Below are positions 1-8,965 of a stretch of DNA of 64,000 nucleotides, in pieces. Source of the DNA: Patescibacteria group bacterium (GTDB taxonomy: Bacteria > Patescibacteriota > Microgenomatia > UBA10105 > UBA927); NCBI GenBank assembly GCA_035510735.1, contig DATKGN010000013.1:596-64595 (forward strand), given 5' to 3'. The notes beneath the pieces were generated by a model, which did no database searches, was not told the DNA's origin, and was given only the letters and a program-made list of their open reading frames with translations. The position numbers and the translations under genes are program-made. The stretch's first letter is position 1. Each line of letters opens with the position of its first letter.

Positions 1-10
1 TAGTCTCATT

Positions 11-382
11 GTGGCCTCAAATAATTTAGGTATTATTGCAAAGCCCAACCTGATGTCCAAAAAACTTGCTATGAGAAGAATTCACACATTTCTAGACCAG
101 GCTCTGGAAGCATTACACCCGGATGGACAAATTTTACTCGTTGCCATGAATACTGGATTACAATTAAGTCTAACAAAAAATTGGTTAACTGGAAAAATGA
201 ACTATACAATACCTACAAATGGATATGTTGAGACTAGATTCTATTTTTTATCAGGACTTGGAGTAATCAAAGAAGGTAAATCAAAAATTTGGAATCGATG
301 GATTAAAGCGCTTAGACAACGCCATGCAAAGATACCTCTCTATTTAAAGCCGGAAATAAAAGTATTCCCTGGAATAATTTAA
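11..382 (+). CDS. hypothetical protein, probably a C-terminal fragment of a gene that begins upstream of the window
   Basis: The reading frame is open back to position 2, and the track start at 11 is a GTG. No recognisable catalytic motif is present. The segment 'LHPDGQILLV' faintly resembles the post-motif region of class I methyltransferases but is not diagnostic. It is convergent with the downstream minus-strand genes. Confidence 0.3.
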   Translation: MASNNLGIIAKPNLMSKKLAMRRIHTFLDQALEALHPDGQILLVAMNTGLQLSLTKNWLTGKMNYTIPTNGYVETRFYFLSGLGVIKEGKSKIWNRWIKALRQRHAKIPLYLKPEIKVFPGII

Positions 383-430
383 TAAACGAATATCTCCACA
401 ATAGAATTTACGGTATAAATGGACCTAAAA

Positions 431-913
431 CTATAAATCGTAATCTTTGGAGAATTGACTCTTTTTACCAGCGGTATCGGTAAATTCCAAAACGACGGAA
501 ACTTTTGTAACTCCTAAATCGGGCGTACAGTCATTCCGGGAACACGTGCCCAAATATATCTCACGACTAAACGTATCTTTTCCCGTCGTATCAATCGGCG
601 TACTGCCTGAATTCACGCCTTTAATTAATCCCTGACTGTCATAGGAAAGTTCATAGCCGATACTTACAATCTTACCGGCCAATCCATCGGCGGTAATTGA
701 AACGGTATTTGCCTTCGTCGTACTTTTTACCAGATCAACCTTAATTGAAGAATCCACAGGCGGCAACGAGTCCTGAAGTGATGTCATATCGGCTGGGGTA
801 GAAGCGGTTGTTTTTGTAGCCGGTTTTGGTGACATGATTTTATAGACTACCACCCCCGTAATAATGAGAAGAACTGCCAATGTGCCGTAAATGACCATCA
901 TCTTATTTTTCAT
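431..913 (-). CDS. membrane-anchored (signal-anchor) surface protein with a Ser/Thr/Pro-rich linker and a small Cys-containing beta-rich domain; hypothetical
   Basis: The N-terminus has a hydrophobic segment MVIYGTLAVLLIITGVVVY. This is followed by a low-complexity linker PKPATKTTASTPADMTSL..PPVDSS. A roughly 100-aa domain follows with two Cys (GTCSRNDCTPD). Its start at 913 overlaps the glyQS stop at 910 in an ATGA-type overlap, so it is probably co-transcribed and translationally coupled. Confidence 0.5.
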   Translation of the reverse strand: MKNKMMVIYGTLAVLLIITGVVVYKIMSPKPATKTTASTPADMTSLQDSLPPVDSSIKVDLVKSTTKANTVSITADGLAGKIVSIGYELSYDSQGLIKGVNSGSTPIDTTGKDTFSREIYLGTCSRNDCTPDLGVTKVSVVLEFTDTAGKKSQFSKDYDL

Positions 914-2232
914 ATACCTCCTGTTTCAAGCTTATCGCTCACGTAATTAGCTAATTGGGCAATATTGACGCGATCCTGCTTGGTTGTATCGCGATCACGG
1001 ACCGTTACGGTATCGTCCTCAAGCGTCGTATAGTCTATTGTAACACACCAAGGCGTGCCTACCTCATCCTGAGCCAGGTACCGTTTTCCGATGTTTCCAC
1101 GGTCATCCCAGGCTGTCACAAAGCGCTTTTTGAGTAAAGTGAGCACGGTTCTTGCCTTTTGTACCAACTCCGGCTTGTTGGCCACGAGCGGAAACACAGC
1201 CGCTTTGACAGGAGATAGGCGCGGCGACAATCGTAAAAACACCCGATTATCTTCTTCCACATAGGCGTCCAGAAGTAATGCCAAAAAGAGACGCGACACA
1301 CCGACTGACGGTTCAATTACGTAGGGCATGAATTTTTCACCGGTCACTGGATCACGGTATGAGAGATCTTTCCCGCAGAACTTGCTGTGTGTTTTTAAAT
1401 CATAATCGGTACGGTTGGCAATTCCTTCTAGTTCCTTAAATCCCCACTCAGGATAGTCATATTCGATATCCCACGAATCAGCAGCATAATGCGCGCGTTC
1501 GGTGGGCTCATGCTGTCTGAACCGGAGGTGGCTTTTCCAGAGACCAAGGGAAAGGTGCCAATCAAATCTGATTTGTTTCCATGCGCTAAACGCACTCTCC
1601 GCTTCGCTCGGGTGAACAAAATACTCAAGTTCCATTTGTTCAAACTCACGGACTCGGAAAAGATATTTTCCAGGAGTAATTTCATTGCGGAATGCTTTTC
1701 CTATCTGCGCGATGCCGAAAGGGATTTTCACCCGTGAGGAGTCAACCACGTTCTGAAAATTCACATATATTCCCTGGCAGGTTTCACCACGGAGATATGC
1801 CAGGCTTGACGTATCCTCGACGGGCCCCACAAACGTCCGAAACAGGAGGTTAAATTGTTTTGGCTCCGTCCATTCAACTTTAATGAGTTTTCCGTGAACT
1901 CTATGATCTGCATTTTTTTCATGATCTGCGATTTCATCCGGCTGATCCGCACGAAACCGTGAGTGGCAAACCTTGCATTCGACAAGCGGATCGGTGAATG
2001 ATGCGACATGACCTGACGCTTCCCACACTTTTGGATTCATGATGATGCTTGCATCAAGCCCAACGATATTATCGCGGTCGTGGACCATGGCTTTCCACCA
2101 AGCTTCTTTAATATTCCTTGCGAGTTCTACGCCCATGGGGCCGTAATCCCAAAATCCACCTATTCCCCCATAAATTTCACTTGACGGATATACAAATCCG
2201 CGGCGTTTGGCAAGAGCAACAATTTTATCCAT
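910..2232 (-). CDS. glyQS: glycine--tRNA ligase, class II alpha2 (single-chain) type
   Basis: The 440-aa product has the characteristic GlyRS N-terminus MDKIVALAKRRGFVYPSSEIYGGIGGFWDYGPMGVELARNIKEAWW and class II motifs (FRNE, GIAQIGKAFRNEITP). A canonical T-box leader lies immediately upstream, and recO sits upstream of that, as in Firmicutes. Confidence 0.9.
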   Translation of the reverse strand: MDKIVALAKRRGFVYPSSEIYGGIGGFWDYGPMGVELARNIKEAWWKAMVHDRDNIVGLDASIIMNPKVWEASGHVASFTDPLVECKVCHSRFRADQPDEIADHEKNADHRVHGKLIKVEWTEPKQFNLLFRTFVGPVEDTSSLAYLRGETCQGIYVNFQNVVDSSRVKIPFGIAQIGKAFRNEITPGKYLFRVREFEQMELEYFVHPSEAESAFSAWKQIRFDWHLSLGLWKSHLRFRQHEPTERAHYAADSWDIEYDYPEWGFKELEGIANRTDYDLKTHSKFCGKDLSYRDPVTGEKFMPYVIEPSVGVSRLFLALLLDAYVEEDNRVFLRLSPRLSPVKAAVFPLVANKPELVQKARTVLTLLKKRFVTAWDDRGNIGKRYLAQDEVGTPWCVTIDYTTLEDDTVTVRDRDTTKQDRVNIAQLANYVSDKLETGGI

Positions 2233-2394
2233 ATATTCCTATAAAAAAACCCTAACACAACTACTTGCGTTAGGGGTCCTTCGACGAAAGCTCAGGACGG
2301 TTCCACCCTAGTTTTCTCCGTTACTTCCGGAGAACATCTCATTTGATTTCCTGCACTTCCCCGCTGCCAACGGGATCATCATGCACTCATTAGT
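2233..2394 (-). promoter_or_regulatory. T-box riboswitch leader (glycine-specific, minimal glyQS type) controlling glyQS
   Basis: On the minus strand the region reads ...GGAAGUGCAGGAAAUCAAAUGAGAUGUUCUCCGGAAGUAACGGAGAAAACUAGGGUGGAACCGUCCUGAGC... The segment AAACUAGGGUGGAACCGUCC matches the conserved T-box sequence AAnnAGGGUGGnACCGCG. The bulge reads UGGA, and its variable base A is complementary to the U73 discriminator of bacterial tRNA-Gly. A GGC glycine codon followed by a purine (uuGGCAgc) lies upstream and is a candidate specifier. The terminator/antiterminator arrangement is followed by the RBS aGGAAuauauggAUG. The length of about 160 nt is typical of stem-II-less glycine T-boxes. Confidence 0.7.
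2243..2275 (-). terminator. intrinsic terminator (expression platform of the T-box leader)
   Basis: The minus-strand RNA reads CCCUAACGCAA-GUAG-UUGUGUUAGGG. This gives an 11-bp stem including one G-U pair, with a 4-nt loop, on plus-strand coordinates 2250-2275. It is followed immediately by UUUUUUU (plus-strand A run 2243-2249) and lies about 15 nt upstream of the glyQS start codon. Confidence 0.7.
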
Positions 2395-2964
2395 TTACGC
2401 TTGCCTTCCCAACACTGTCAAGAGCGGCCACGTGCGGAATTTCCGCTCGGTAATATCTTCAATGTATGACTGAATCTCAGATTCACGTAAGGTATGCGTT
2501 GAGGATAAGAATCCGAGCGGCCGGAGAAGGTCATGAACGAAACGGGAAATAAGATGCTGCCATTCCGATTGATTATTTGATGATTCAAGCGACAAAAGAC
2601 CGTCGCGGAGAAGGAAAAATACGTCTTCATGTTCCTGTCGGTCGGGCAGAAGCTGATCGACAAGCTCACACATACAATAGGCATATCCTAACCGCCCGAC
2701 ATCGGATTCAAATACTGTTCCCCTCGATTTAGCCTGAGCTTCTGTCAGGATATCGAGTGATTTATGCGTGTGTATAGTAAGTACAACATGGCTGAATACT
2801 TCAACATGGCCGGATCGTCGACTTGTAATTCTTCTCACACCTTTTGCGATAATCCTGATCTTCCCGAATTGCCTGGTAAATACGGTAAGAATTCTGTCAG
2901 CCTCACCCACTGACTTCCGTTTGAGGACAATACCTTCCGCAGTATACACATGAAACGGTCTCAT
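2395..2964 (-). CDS. recO: DNA repair/recombination mediator protein RecO
   Basis: The N-terminal OB-fold signature reads HVYTAEGIVLKRKSVGEADRILTVFTRQFGKIRIIAKGVRR. The length of 189 aa is on the short side for RecO. The synteny recO then glyS is conserved in Gram-positive bacteria. Confidence 0.7.
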   Translation of the reverse strand: MRPFHVYTAEGIVLKRKSVGEADRILTVFTRQFGKIRIIAKGVRRITSRRSGHVEVFSHVVLTIHTHKSLDILTEAQAKSRGTVFESDVGRLGYAYCMCELVDQLLPDRQEHEDVFFLLRDGLLSLESSNNQSEWQHLISRFVHDLLRPLGFLSSTHTLRESEIQSYIEDITERKFRTWPLLTVLGRQA

Positions 2965-2966
2965 GG

Positions 2967-5000
2967 TTACAAGGTGACTTCAGTATCTGTTTGAAGATTA
3001 AATTTCTGGCGGTCGCTGCCGTTGAGCCGAATAAGAACCTGTTGCATGTCGGTTCCCGGCTGTTTTTGGAAAAGCAGGTGATACTTGCCGTCCGTTGATT
3101 TCACCGGCGAATTGTAGGTAAGCTCCAAACGCGCACTTCCTAAGGGATTCACAACAAGAAATCCGTCAAATTCCGTTTTCCCTAAGCTTTCAGATGTCGT
3201 CATCGGGGAGGCTGAACTCGTTTGCGGTGACTGCGTTCCTTTGCTGTCGACAAGTTTACTCCCTTTCGGTACGTAGACCCGCACCCAATCGCGAAGCGGG
3301 GCGTTTAAGCACAATCCTCCGCTCTCAAGTCCGCAGTCACTGCCCGGATAAGGATTCGTATAATCCACAGTCAATTTTGTCGTAATAGTTCCGTCGCCAT
3401 TCACTGTCGTATCTTTGGTAATTTTTTCATTCACAAACATATTGGATTTCGCTCCCCCCATATTGGCATTGTTAACATGGAGATAATCCCAACCCTTACC
3501 TTCTTGATATTTAAGAATGGCAGCAGTATCACCGGTCTGCATAATTCTCCCGCCCATATTAAAACTCTCAACACCTTTTTGCGCCTGAGGGTCATGCAGA
3601 TACGCAAGCATATGTTTTTCATTAATCTCAGTCAGCAACATTTGAAACAGTCTGCTCCAGTATTTTGAGGGAGAAACACCAAGTGCTTCCTGAAGAACAA
3701 GATGCAGTAATTGACCGATTTCTCCTTTTCGGTTGTCACGGACATACCCCACAGGACGTGAAGAATAGTCTTCGAGATTATAAATCGCTTTTGCACAATT
3801 ACATCGTTTATCAATATCAGCGCTGTATTCCCGCCCATCAACAAAAATAGGACCTAAAATTTTGAGCGTATCGACAAGCACATGAGTGTCGACTGCAAAG
3901 ATACCGTCAATCGGTTGAGTCCCAGCGGCATTTGAGTACATATCCTCAAATTGTTTCATCGATACTTTAAAATCTGGTGAGAGATTGCTATCCCGAAGAT
4001 TAAACGTATACACGCCTTTCAGGTATGCAAGAATTTCCGGAGGAACAGGATATTTTTTCTTAAGACCGCCGTCGAGTGCATATATATCATCCGATTTTTC
4101 CAATATCGCCTTACCTCTCACAAACCGAAATTGAGCATACGCCGTCATAAATCCACCGGTCGGCCGGAGTTCTTTATCATTTTGAAATATCACAAGATAC
4201 CGCTTATCCGTGGGCTCTCCGAGCATACTCGGTAAACTCATGAGAAGGGGCTGCGCGTTTACAAATAAGCTCGCAGCGTTATCGATCGTTTCTTTCAGTG
4301 AAATTAATTGCGGCCGAATTGAAGTACTACCGATATGATCGGGATAACGATCGGGGTTAATCATGTCGAGTTCAGTTTGCAGTTTTTCAATACTGCCGGC
4401 CATCTGGTTCACTTTAGGAGTGAGCGCGCTCATCGTTTTCACCGCAGTTTGAATACGGTCATCGGCGGTCCCTGCGACAAAAGTACTTTTCCCTTTAAGT
4501 CCCAACAGATCTGCATTCGGTTCTAGCGCTTCAACTGCGCGGTCTCCGGCATCCAATCCGTCAAACGCAGCATTTATAGCATGCTGGCCGTCAGTTACGT
4601 AGGCCCCTAACAACGGAACGAATGAGAGCGGCGCGAGCTTTTTATAATCGGTCTCAAATACGGTAAGCGCCTGTCTCGTGTCTGCAAGCCCGACTTTCGT
4701 TTTTTCAATATTTTCTGTTTTAACCGCACTTCCCGTTTCTCTCGCTTTAGCCATTACCACTTTTCCTTGTGCAATCACCCCACCGAGAGGTAGCAACATA
4801 ACGCCGATAATGAGAAGAAAAACCACGATAACGGCAACCGGAATTACAACATATTGCCATGGAAGTGGCTTTGATTTTTTGGGCATAGTTGCCTGCGTCT
4901 GCGTCTCAAGTTCTATACGTTTGAGTTCTTCTCCCATATACGTATTGTTCACGGAAATACCGTTTTTGTCAACAGGAATGTCAGATATATCACACTGCAC
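2967..5000 (-). CDS. DUF4012-family membrane-anchored extracytoplasmic protein
   Basis: There is a single N-terminal TM (WQYVVIPVAVIVVFLLIIGVMLL) and then a large soluble region. It contains the DUF4012-type core YLVIFQNDKELRPTGGFMTAYAQF. Members of this family typically sit beside polysaccharide loci. The track start at 5000 is a GTG, and ATG starts at 4937 or 4886 are alternatives. Confidence 0.65.
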   Translation of the reverse strand: MQCDISDIPVDKNGISVNNTYMGEELKRIELETQTQATMPKKSKPLPWQYVVIPVAVIVVFLLIIGVMLLPLGGVIAQGKVVMAKARETGSAVKTENIEKTKVGLADTRQALTVFETDYKKLAPLSFVPLLGAYVTDGQHAINAAFDGLDAGDRAVEALEPNADLLGLKGKSTFVAGTADDRIQTAVKTMSALTPKVNQMAGSIEKLQTELDMINPDRYPDHIGSTSIRPQLISLKETIDNAASLFVNAQPLLMSLPSMLGEPTDKRYLVIFQNDKELRPTGGFMTAYAQFRFVRGKAILEKSDDIYALDGGLKKKYPVPPEILAYLKGVYTFNLRDSNLSPDFKVSMKQFEDMYSNAAGTQPIDGIFAVDTHVLVDTLKILGPIFVDGREYSADIDKRCNCAKAIYNLEDYSSRPVGYVRDNRKGEIGQLLHLVLQEALGVSPSKYWSRLFQMLLTEINEKHMLAYLHDPQAQKGVESFNMGGRIMQTGDTAAILKYQEGKGWDYLHVNNANMGGAKSNMFVNEKITKDTTVNGDGTITTKLTVDYTNPYPGSDCGLESGGLCLNAPLRDWVRVYVPKGSKLVDSKGTQSPQTSSASPMTTSESLGKTEFDGFLVVNPLGSARLELTYNSPVKSTDGKYHLLFQKQPGTDMQQVLIRLNGSDRQKFNLQTDTEVTL

Positions 5001-5628
5001 CTTTACCCGATATCATCGCCCAGGGGCTCCTCAATAATATGACAATATCAAGCCACAAGGAGCTCTTTTTGACGTAATCAGCATCCATTTTAATTCTTTT
5101 GTCAAAATTGACTTCACTTCGCCCTGATACCTGCCATTGCCCGGTGATTCCCGGTTTCGCTGAAAGCACGACCTTCACGAGATCCCGCGTGTGCGGATAC
5201 TTCCGCTGCTGCTCGACAAGCTCATCGGGATAATACGGCCGCGGCCCTACAAGACTCATCTCCCCAATAAGAACGTTGAGAAGCTGAGGAATTTCATCAA
5301 TCGAATGTTTCCGTATAAATCGCCCGACATTTGTAACGCGTGGATCTTCGCGGAGTTTATAACTATTCCGCTTATATTCACCGTATAATTTTGCGAGCCG
5401 TGGATCTCTTCTCAATTTTTCATGGGCGTTTATCACCATCGACCGAAACTTAAAAAGTTTAAAAGGCTTGCCGTCTTTGCCTACACGTTGCGGCGTATCA
5501 GCAAAAATCGGTCCCAAACTGTCCCATTTGATGGCAATAGCGGTGATAATACAAAAAGGCATAAAAATAAGAGCCAGAATGAAACTGCCAAGGATATCAA
5601 TACAACGCTTCGTAAATGAATACATCAT
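4990..5628 (-). CDS. polyprenyl-phosphate phosphoglycosyltransferase (bacterial sugar transferase family, small WbaP/PglC-like initiating enzyme)
   Basis: A single re-entrant N-terminal helix is followed by the conserved sugar-transferase core KPFKLFKFRSM...DEIPQLLNVLIGEMSLVGPRP...PGITGQWQVSGR. Confidence 0.9.
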   Translation of the reverse strand: MMYSFTKRCIDILGSFILALIFMPFCIITAIAIKWDSLGPIFADTPQRVGKDGKPFKLFKFRSMVINAHEKLRRDPRLAKLYGEYKRNSYKLREDPRVTNVGRFIRKHSIDEIPQLLNVLIGEMSLVGPRPYYPDELVEQQRKYPHTRDLVKVVLSAKPGITGQWQVSGRSEVNFDKRIKMDADYVKKSSLWLDIVILLRSPWAMISGKGAV

Positions 5629-5642
5629 GGGCTTATTAGTAT

Positions 5643-6725
5643 TTAGGTAAGGTGATCGTTTTCAGTACCGGTCAGGCTTTCCACGAGAGATTTAATTTTT
5701 GATACTGAACTCTTTTTACATACCATAACGACATCATTGGTATTTACCACCAGCATATCGTCAAGATCAATGGTCACTACCAATTGGTCTGTATAATTAT
5801 ATACAAGGGAATCGCTTGTATTGTTAAGCATGACTTTGCCCTGGGTCACATTTTTATCAGCAGTCTCCTGGAGAGCCTCTTTCAGTGCTTCCCAGGCGCC
5901 GATATCGCTCCATTTCATATCCTCTGAAACAACGAGCGCATCTCCCGGATCTAGTTTTTCAAGGATTGCGTTATCGAAATGAATTTTTTCGAGTGTCGGA
6001 TATACTGAATCGAGCGTTTCATAAAATCTGGCCGTGTGAAGTTCTTCAACAATCCGTGATAACCCTTTATATAAATTCGGAGCAAACCTCTTATATCGTT
6101 CCCACAAAAAAGTCGGGGTGGTGACGAAATATCCGACATTCCATGCATGGTGACCGCTTTCAAAATAACGTTTTGCCGTGTGTTTATCTGGTTTATATTG
6201 AAAATCAATAAATGCATGGAAGGAAATACCGTTCATCGAAGCTACCTCTTTCCCGTATTCAATCCAACCTAAGTTATCACTGGCAAACCGGGGTTTTTGC
6301 GATACGAAAATAATTTTATTCGGATTTTTCTCAATAAGTGATCCCGCACTTTTCAAAATTTTCCGGAATAATACCTCTTCTTTGACCAGATGATCGCTCC
6401 AGAGAATTACCATGGGCTCCGTAGGCGATACTTTCGTCAAAATCCCTGCCATCAGCCCCACGGCAGGACCAACGTCACGCATCTCAGGCTCACCAATAAC
6501 ATGGTCAGGCGGCAATTTTGCAAGTTGCGACTGAACCATCGGCACATGCATTTTACCGGTTGCCACATAGATATCGGACCACGAAAAATCAGGCTGAATT
6601 CGGCCGGCAGCAAGCTGTAGAGTAGACTTGTCACCGATAATTTTTTCAAATTGTTTTGGCGACTTTTTACGGGAGAGAGGCCATAAACGGGTTCCCACGC
6701 CTCCGGCAAAAATAACTGCTTTCAT
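5643..6725 (-). CDS. manC: mannose-1-phosphate guanylyltransferase (GDP-mannose pyrophosphorylase, nucleotidyltransferase domain only)
   Basis: The N-terminus MKAVIFAGGVGTRLWPLSRKKSPKQF is the hallmark of ManC/CpsB-type NDP-sugar pyrophosphorylases. At 360 aa there is no C-terminal PMI cupin domain. Confidence 0.8.
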   Translation of the reverse strand: MKAVIFAGGVGTRLWPLSRKKSPKQFEKIIGDKSTLQLAAGRIQPDFSWSDIYVATGKMHVPMVQSQLAKLPPDHVIGEPEMRDVGPAVGLMAGILTKVSPTEPMVILWSDHLVKEEVLFRKILKSAGSLIEKNPNKIIFVSQKPRFASDNLGWIEYGKEVASMNGISFHAFIDFQYKPDKHTAKRYFESGHHAWNVGYFVTTPTFLWERYKRFAPNLYKGLSRIVEELHTARFYETLDSVYPTLEKIHFDNAILEKLDPGDALVVSEDMKWSDIGAWEALKEALQETADKNVTQGKVMLNNTSDSLVYNYTDQLVVTIDLDDMLVVNTNDVVMVCKKSSVSKIKSLVESLTGTENDHLT

Positions 6726-7849
6726 ATATATCTATTATATAACTCCTCAACGGTTTGTTTCATCTCACGATTAAAGCGCTCCTGACCGAATCGTTTCGCA
6801 TTCTCGCGGCAGAGGTTGTCATCATACCACTCATGATCAAATTGTTTCAAGGCGCGGGTAAGCCCATCTACCGATTGAGAGTCAAATAATAATCCTGTTT
6901 TCCCGTCTACAACAATCTCAGCCATGCCGCTTTTTTTATATGTGATAACCGGTTTTCCCATCGCCTGTGCTTCAACTGCAGCAATTCCGAAGTCTTCAAC
7001 GCCTGCAAAGACAAATGCTCGACAGTCGCGAAAATAATTAATTAACTCCCGATCCGTTACCGTTCCCACTAACTGAATTGTCGGTCCAGCTAATCTTTGA
7101 AGATGTATTTTTTCCACTCCTTCACCCACAATGACCAGCGGTAATTTCAGCTTATTACATGCTTCAACAACTAAATCAATCCGTTTATACGGAACCAACC
7201 GGGAAACAAGAAGAAAAAAACTGTGTGCCGCAGAAGAGACAGTTTTTTTCCCTTCTTGAAACATTGTAAGATCAACGGGAGGATAAATTACGCGATCAAC
7301 CGATTGATGATAATACGTTTGAATACGTTCTTTTACTATATCGGATATTGCGATATACCTGTCCGGACGGCTGCTGCCAATAATATCCCATTTGCGCAGC
7401 AATGGAGTCAACGTATTTAATGTTCGCCCGGTGACTACCCGAGGCAGACCTATATTGGGATTCTTCTCATACTCTTCTTTACCGCTCCATAGATACCGCG
7501 TCGGGGTAAGGCAATAACAAATATGGAGAGTCTGGGGCTTCGTAATAATATATTTTGCCTCAGCTGATGTAATTGAAATTACCACGTCGTATGTATCAAA
7601 TGAAAATGATTCAAATGCCATTGGCGTAAGCCACGCATAAAGCTCATGATGCCGTTTCGCAAACGGAAATCGCTGTAAAAATGAGGGCTTAACGTGAAAT
7701 ACCGATGCCCAACGGGCATGCTGTTTATCATACACAGCGGTGAATAACGGCGCATCGGGCCAGATTGCATGCATTGCCAACAGAACCCGTTCCGCCCCCC
7801 CAATTTTATTGATTCGGTCATATACAAATGCAATTTTTTTCGGTTTCAT
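6722..7849 (-). CDS. glycosyltransferase, GT-B fold (GT4 family)
   Basis: The C-terminal domain motif is EDFGIAAVEAQAMGKPVI (the E-x7-E region). The N-domain MKPKKIAFVYDRINKIGGAERV is GT4-typical. Confidence 0.8.
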   Translation of the reverse strand: MKPKKIAFVYDRINKIGGAERVLLAMHAIWPDAPLFTAVYDKQHARWASVFHVKPSFLQRFPFAKRHHELYAWLTPMAFESFSFDTYDVVISITSAEAKYIITKPQTLHICYCLTPTRYLWSGKEEYEKNPNIGLPRVVTGRTLNTLTPLLRKWDIIGSSRPDRYIAISDIVKERIQTYYHQSVDRVIYPPVDLTMFQEGKKTVSSAAHSFFLLVSRLVPYKRIDLVVEACNKLKLPLVIVGEGVEKIHLQRLAGPTIQLVGTVTDRELINYFRDCRAFVFAGVEDFGIAAVEAQAMGKPVITYKKSGMAEIVVDGKTGLLFDSQSVDGLTRALKQFDHEWYDDNLCRENAKRFGQERFNREMKQTVEELYNRYI

Positions 7850-8964
7850 AAAGTGGTTCCGACCCGCAAGTAGATATCGTATGTTTTGACAGCCAAATCA
7901 TGCCAGTTGTAACGAAGAAGAAATGGTTTAATCTTATTACTCATCTCACGACGCGTTGAATGTTCCGAAATCCGAACGAGGGCATCTTTCAATAATCCTG
8001 GCTTCCTGGTATCAACGAATGTTGCAAAATCTTCTAATATTTCCCGAAAAATTGGAATATCCGATACGATAACAGGGCAACCCGCTGCGAGCGCTTCAAG
8101 TGCCGGTAAACCGAATCCTTCCATCCGTGACGGGAACAGTAGTGCAATCGCATTGGCGTATAATGCATGAAGCTCTACGTCTCCGATATCATGTAAAAAC
8201 AGGACATGATCTTGAATTTCCGTCGCATACACAACTCCCGCAAGCCTCCGATAAAAATAATCATCAGGACCGACAAAGACAAGAAGTGCAGATTTTTTTA
8301 CCGCTTTCTGGTACTCCCGATACGCTTCGAGCATTAATTCAATATTTTTATGCGGATAGACATTACCGACATACAGAAAATAGTCCCCCGATATTGATGA
8401 TTTTGCTGTTGGAATATTTATTTTTTTCAAAAAATTCGGGTCAATGCCTTCATACGTTACAATAATTTTATCCTGATTAATTCCGAAATGTTTTATAATA
8501 TCGTCTTTCACAGTTTTTGAAACGGTAATGATTTTCCGCGCATTCATTATTCCCAGTCCAAGAACTATCCGGTATCCAAAACGACGGATTTTATAAAAAA
8601 AATACGGCAGCGTTGTTGCTTTACCTGTATCAGTCTGAAGAATGGTGAGGTCGTGAATTGTAATAATATACTTTCCGAAATATAAGATGGGCGCATTAAA
8701 ATATGGTATATGCACCAAATCAAGATGCTCTTTTGTAAACAACCACGGCATTACTATTTGCTCACGTACACTATGCCACGAAACATCGGCTAACCTTTTT
8801 GTCCACCGATCATTTGGAGGCGAAAACGTATGGTAATCCCTTTTTCGGAAAAAAAGGATGTACTGATTAACGGAATCAATATCGCCAAGCTCCCGTATAA
8901 GATTACGGATATACCGCCCGACACCCGTTTCGCCGATAAGACGCGCATCAATACCGATTTTCAT
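7846..8964 (-). CDS. glycosyltransferase, GT-B fold (GT4 family)
   Basis: The N-terminus is MKIGIDARLIGETGVGRYIRNL and the C-terminal motif is MEGFGLPALEALAAGCPVIVSD. Confidence 0.8.
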   Translation of the reverse strand: MKIGIDARLIGETGVGRYIRNLIRELGDIDSVNQYILFFRKRDYHTFSPPNDRWTKRLADVSWHSVREQIVMPWLFTKEHLDLVHIPYFNAPILYFGKYIITIHDLTILQTDTGKATTLPYFFYKIRRFGYRIVLGLGIMNARKIITVSKTVKDDIIKHFGINQDKIIVTYEGIDPNFLKKINIPTAKSSISGDYFLYVGNVYPHKNIELMLEAYREYQKAVKKSALLVFVGPDDYFYRRLAGVVYATEIQDHVLFLHDIGDVELHALYANAIALLFPSRMEGFGLPALEALAAGCPVIVSDIPIFREILEDFATFVDTRKPGLLKDALVRISEHSTRREMSNKIKPFLLRYNWHDLAVKTYDIYLRVGTTL

Positions 8965-8965
8965 A

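Noticed and set aside
955-2009. Several 60-85 aa ORFs on both strands inside and antisense to glyQS (955..1137+, 1116..1316-, 1428..1685-, 1489..1737+, 1761..2009-)
   Set aside because: They lie wholly within the well-supported GlyRS reading frame or its antisense. The products are low-complexity or basic with no motifs. They are typical spurious six-frame ORFs.
2233-2394. Considered an archaeal origin, given the many GT-C proteins and an alpha2-type GlyRS
   Set aside because: A T-box leader with tRNA-Gly-specific bulge and RecO are bacterial features. No AglB/PglB WWDYG oligosaccharyltransferase motif was found in any membrane protein.
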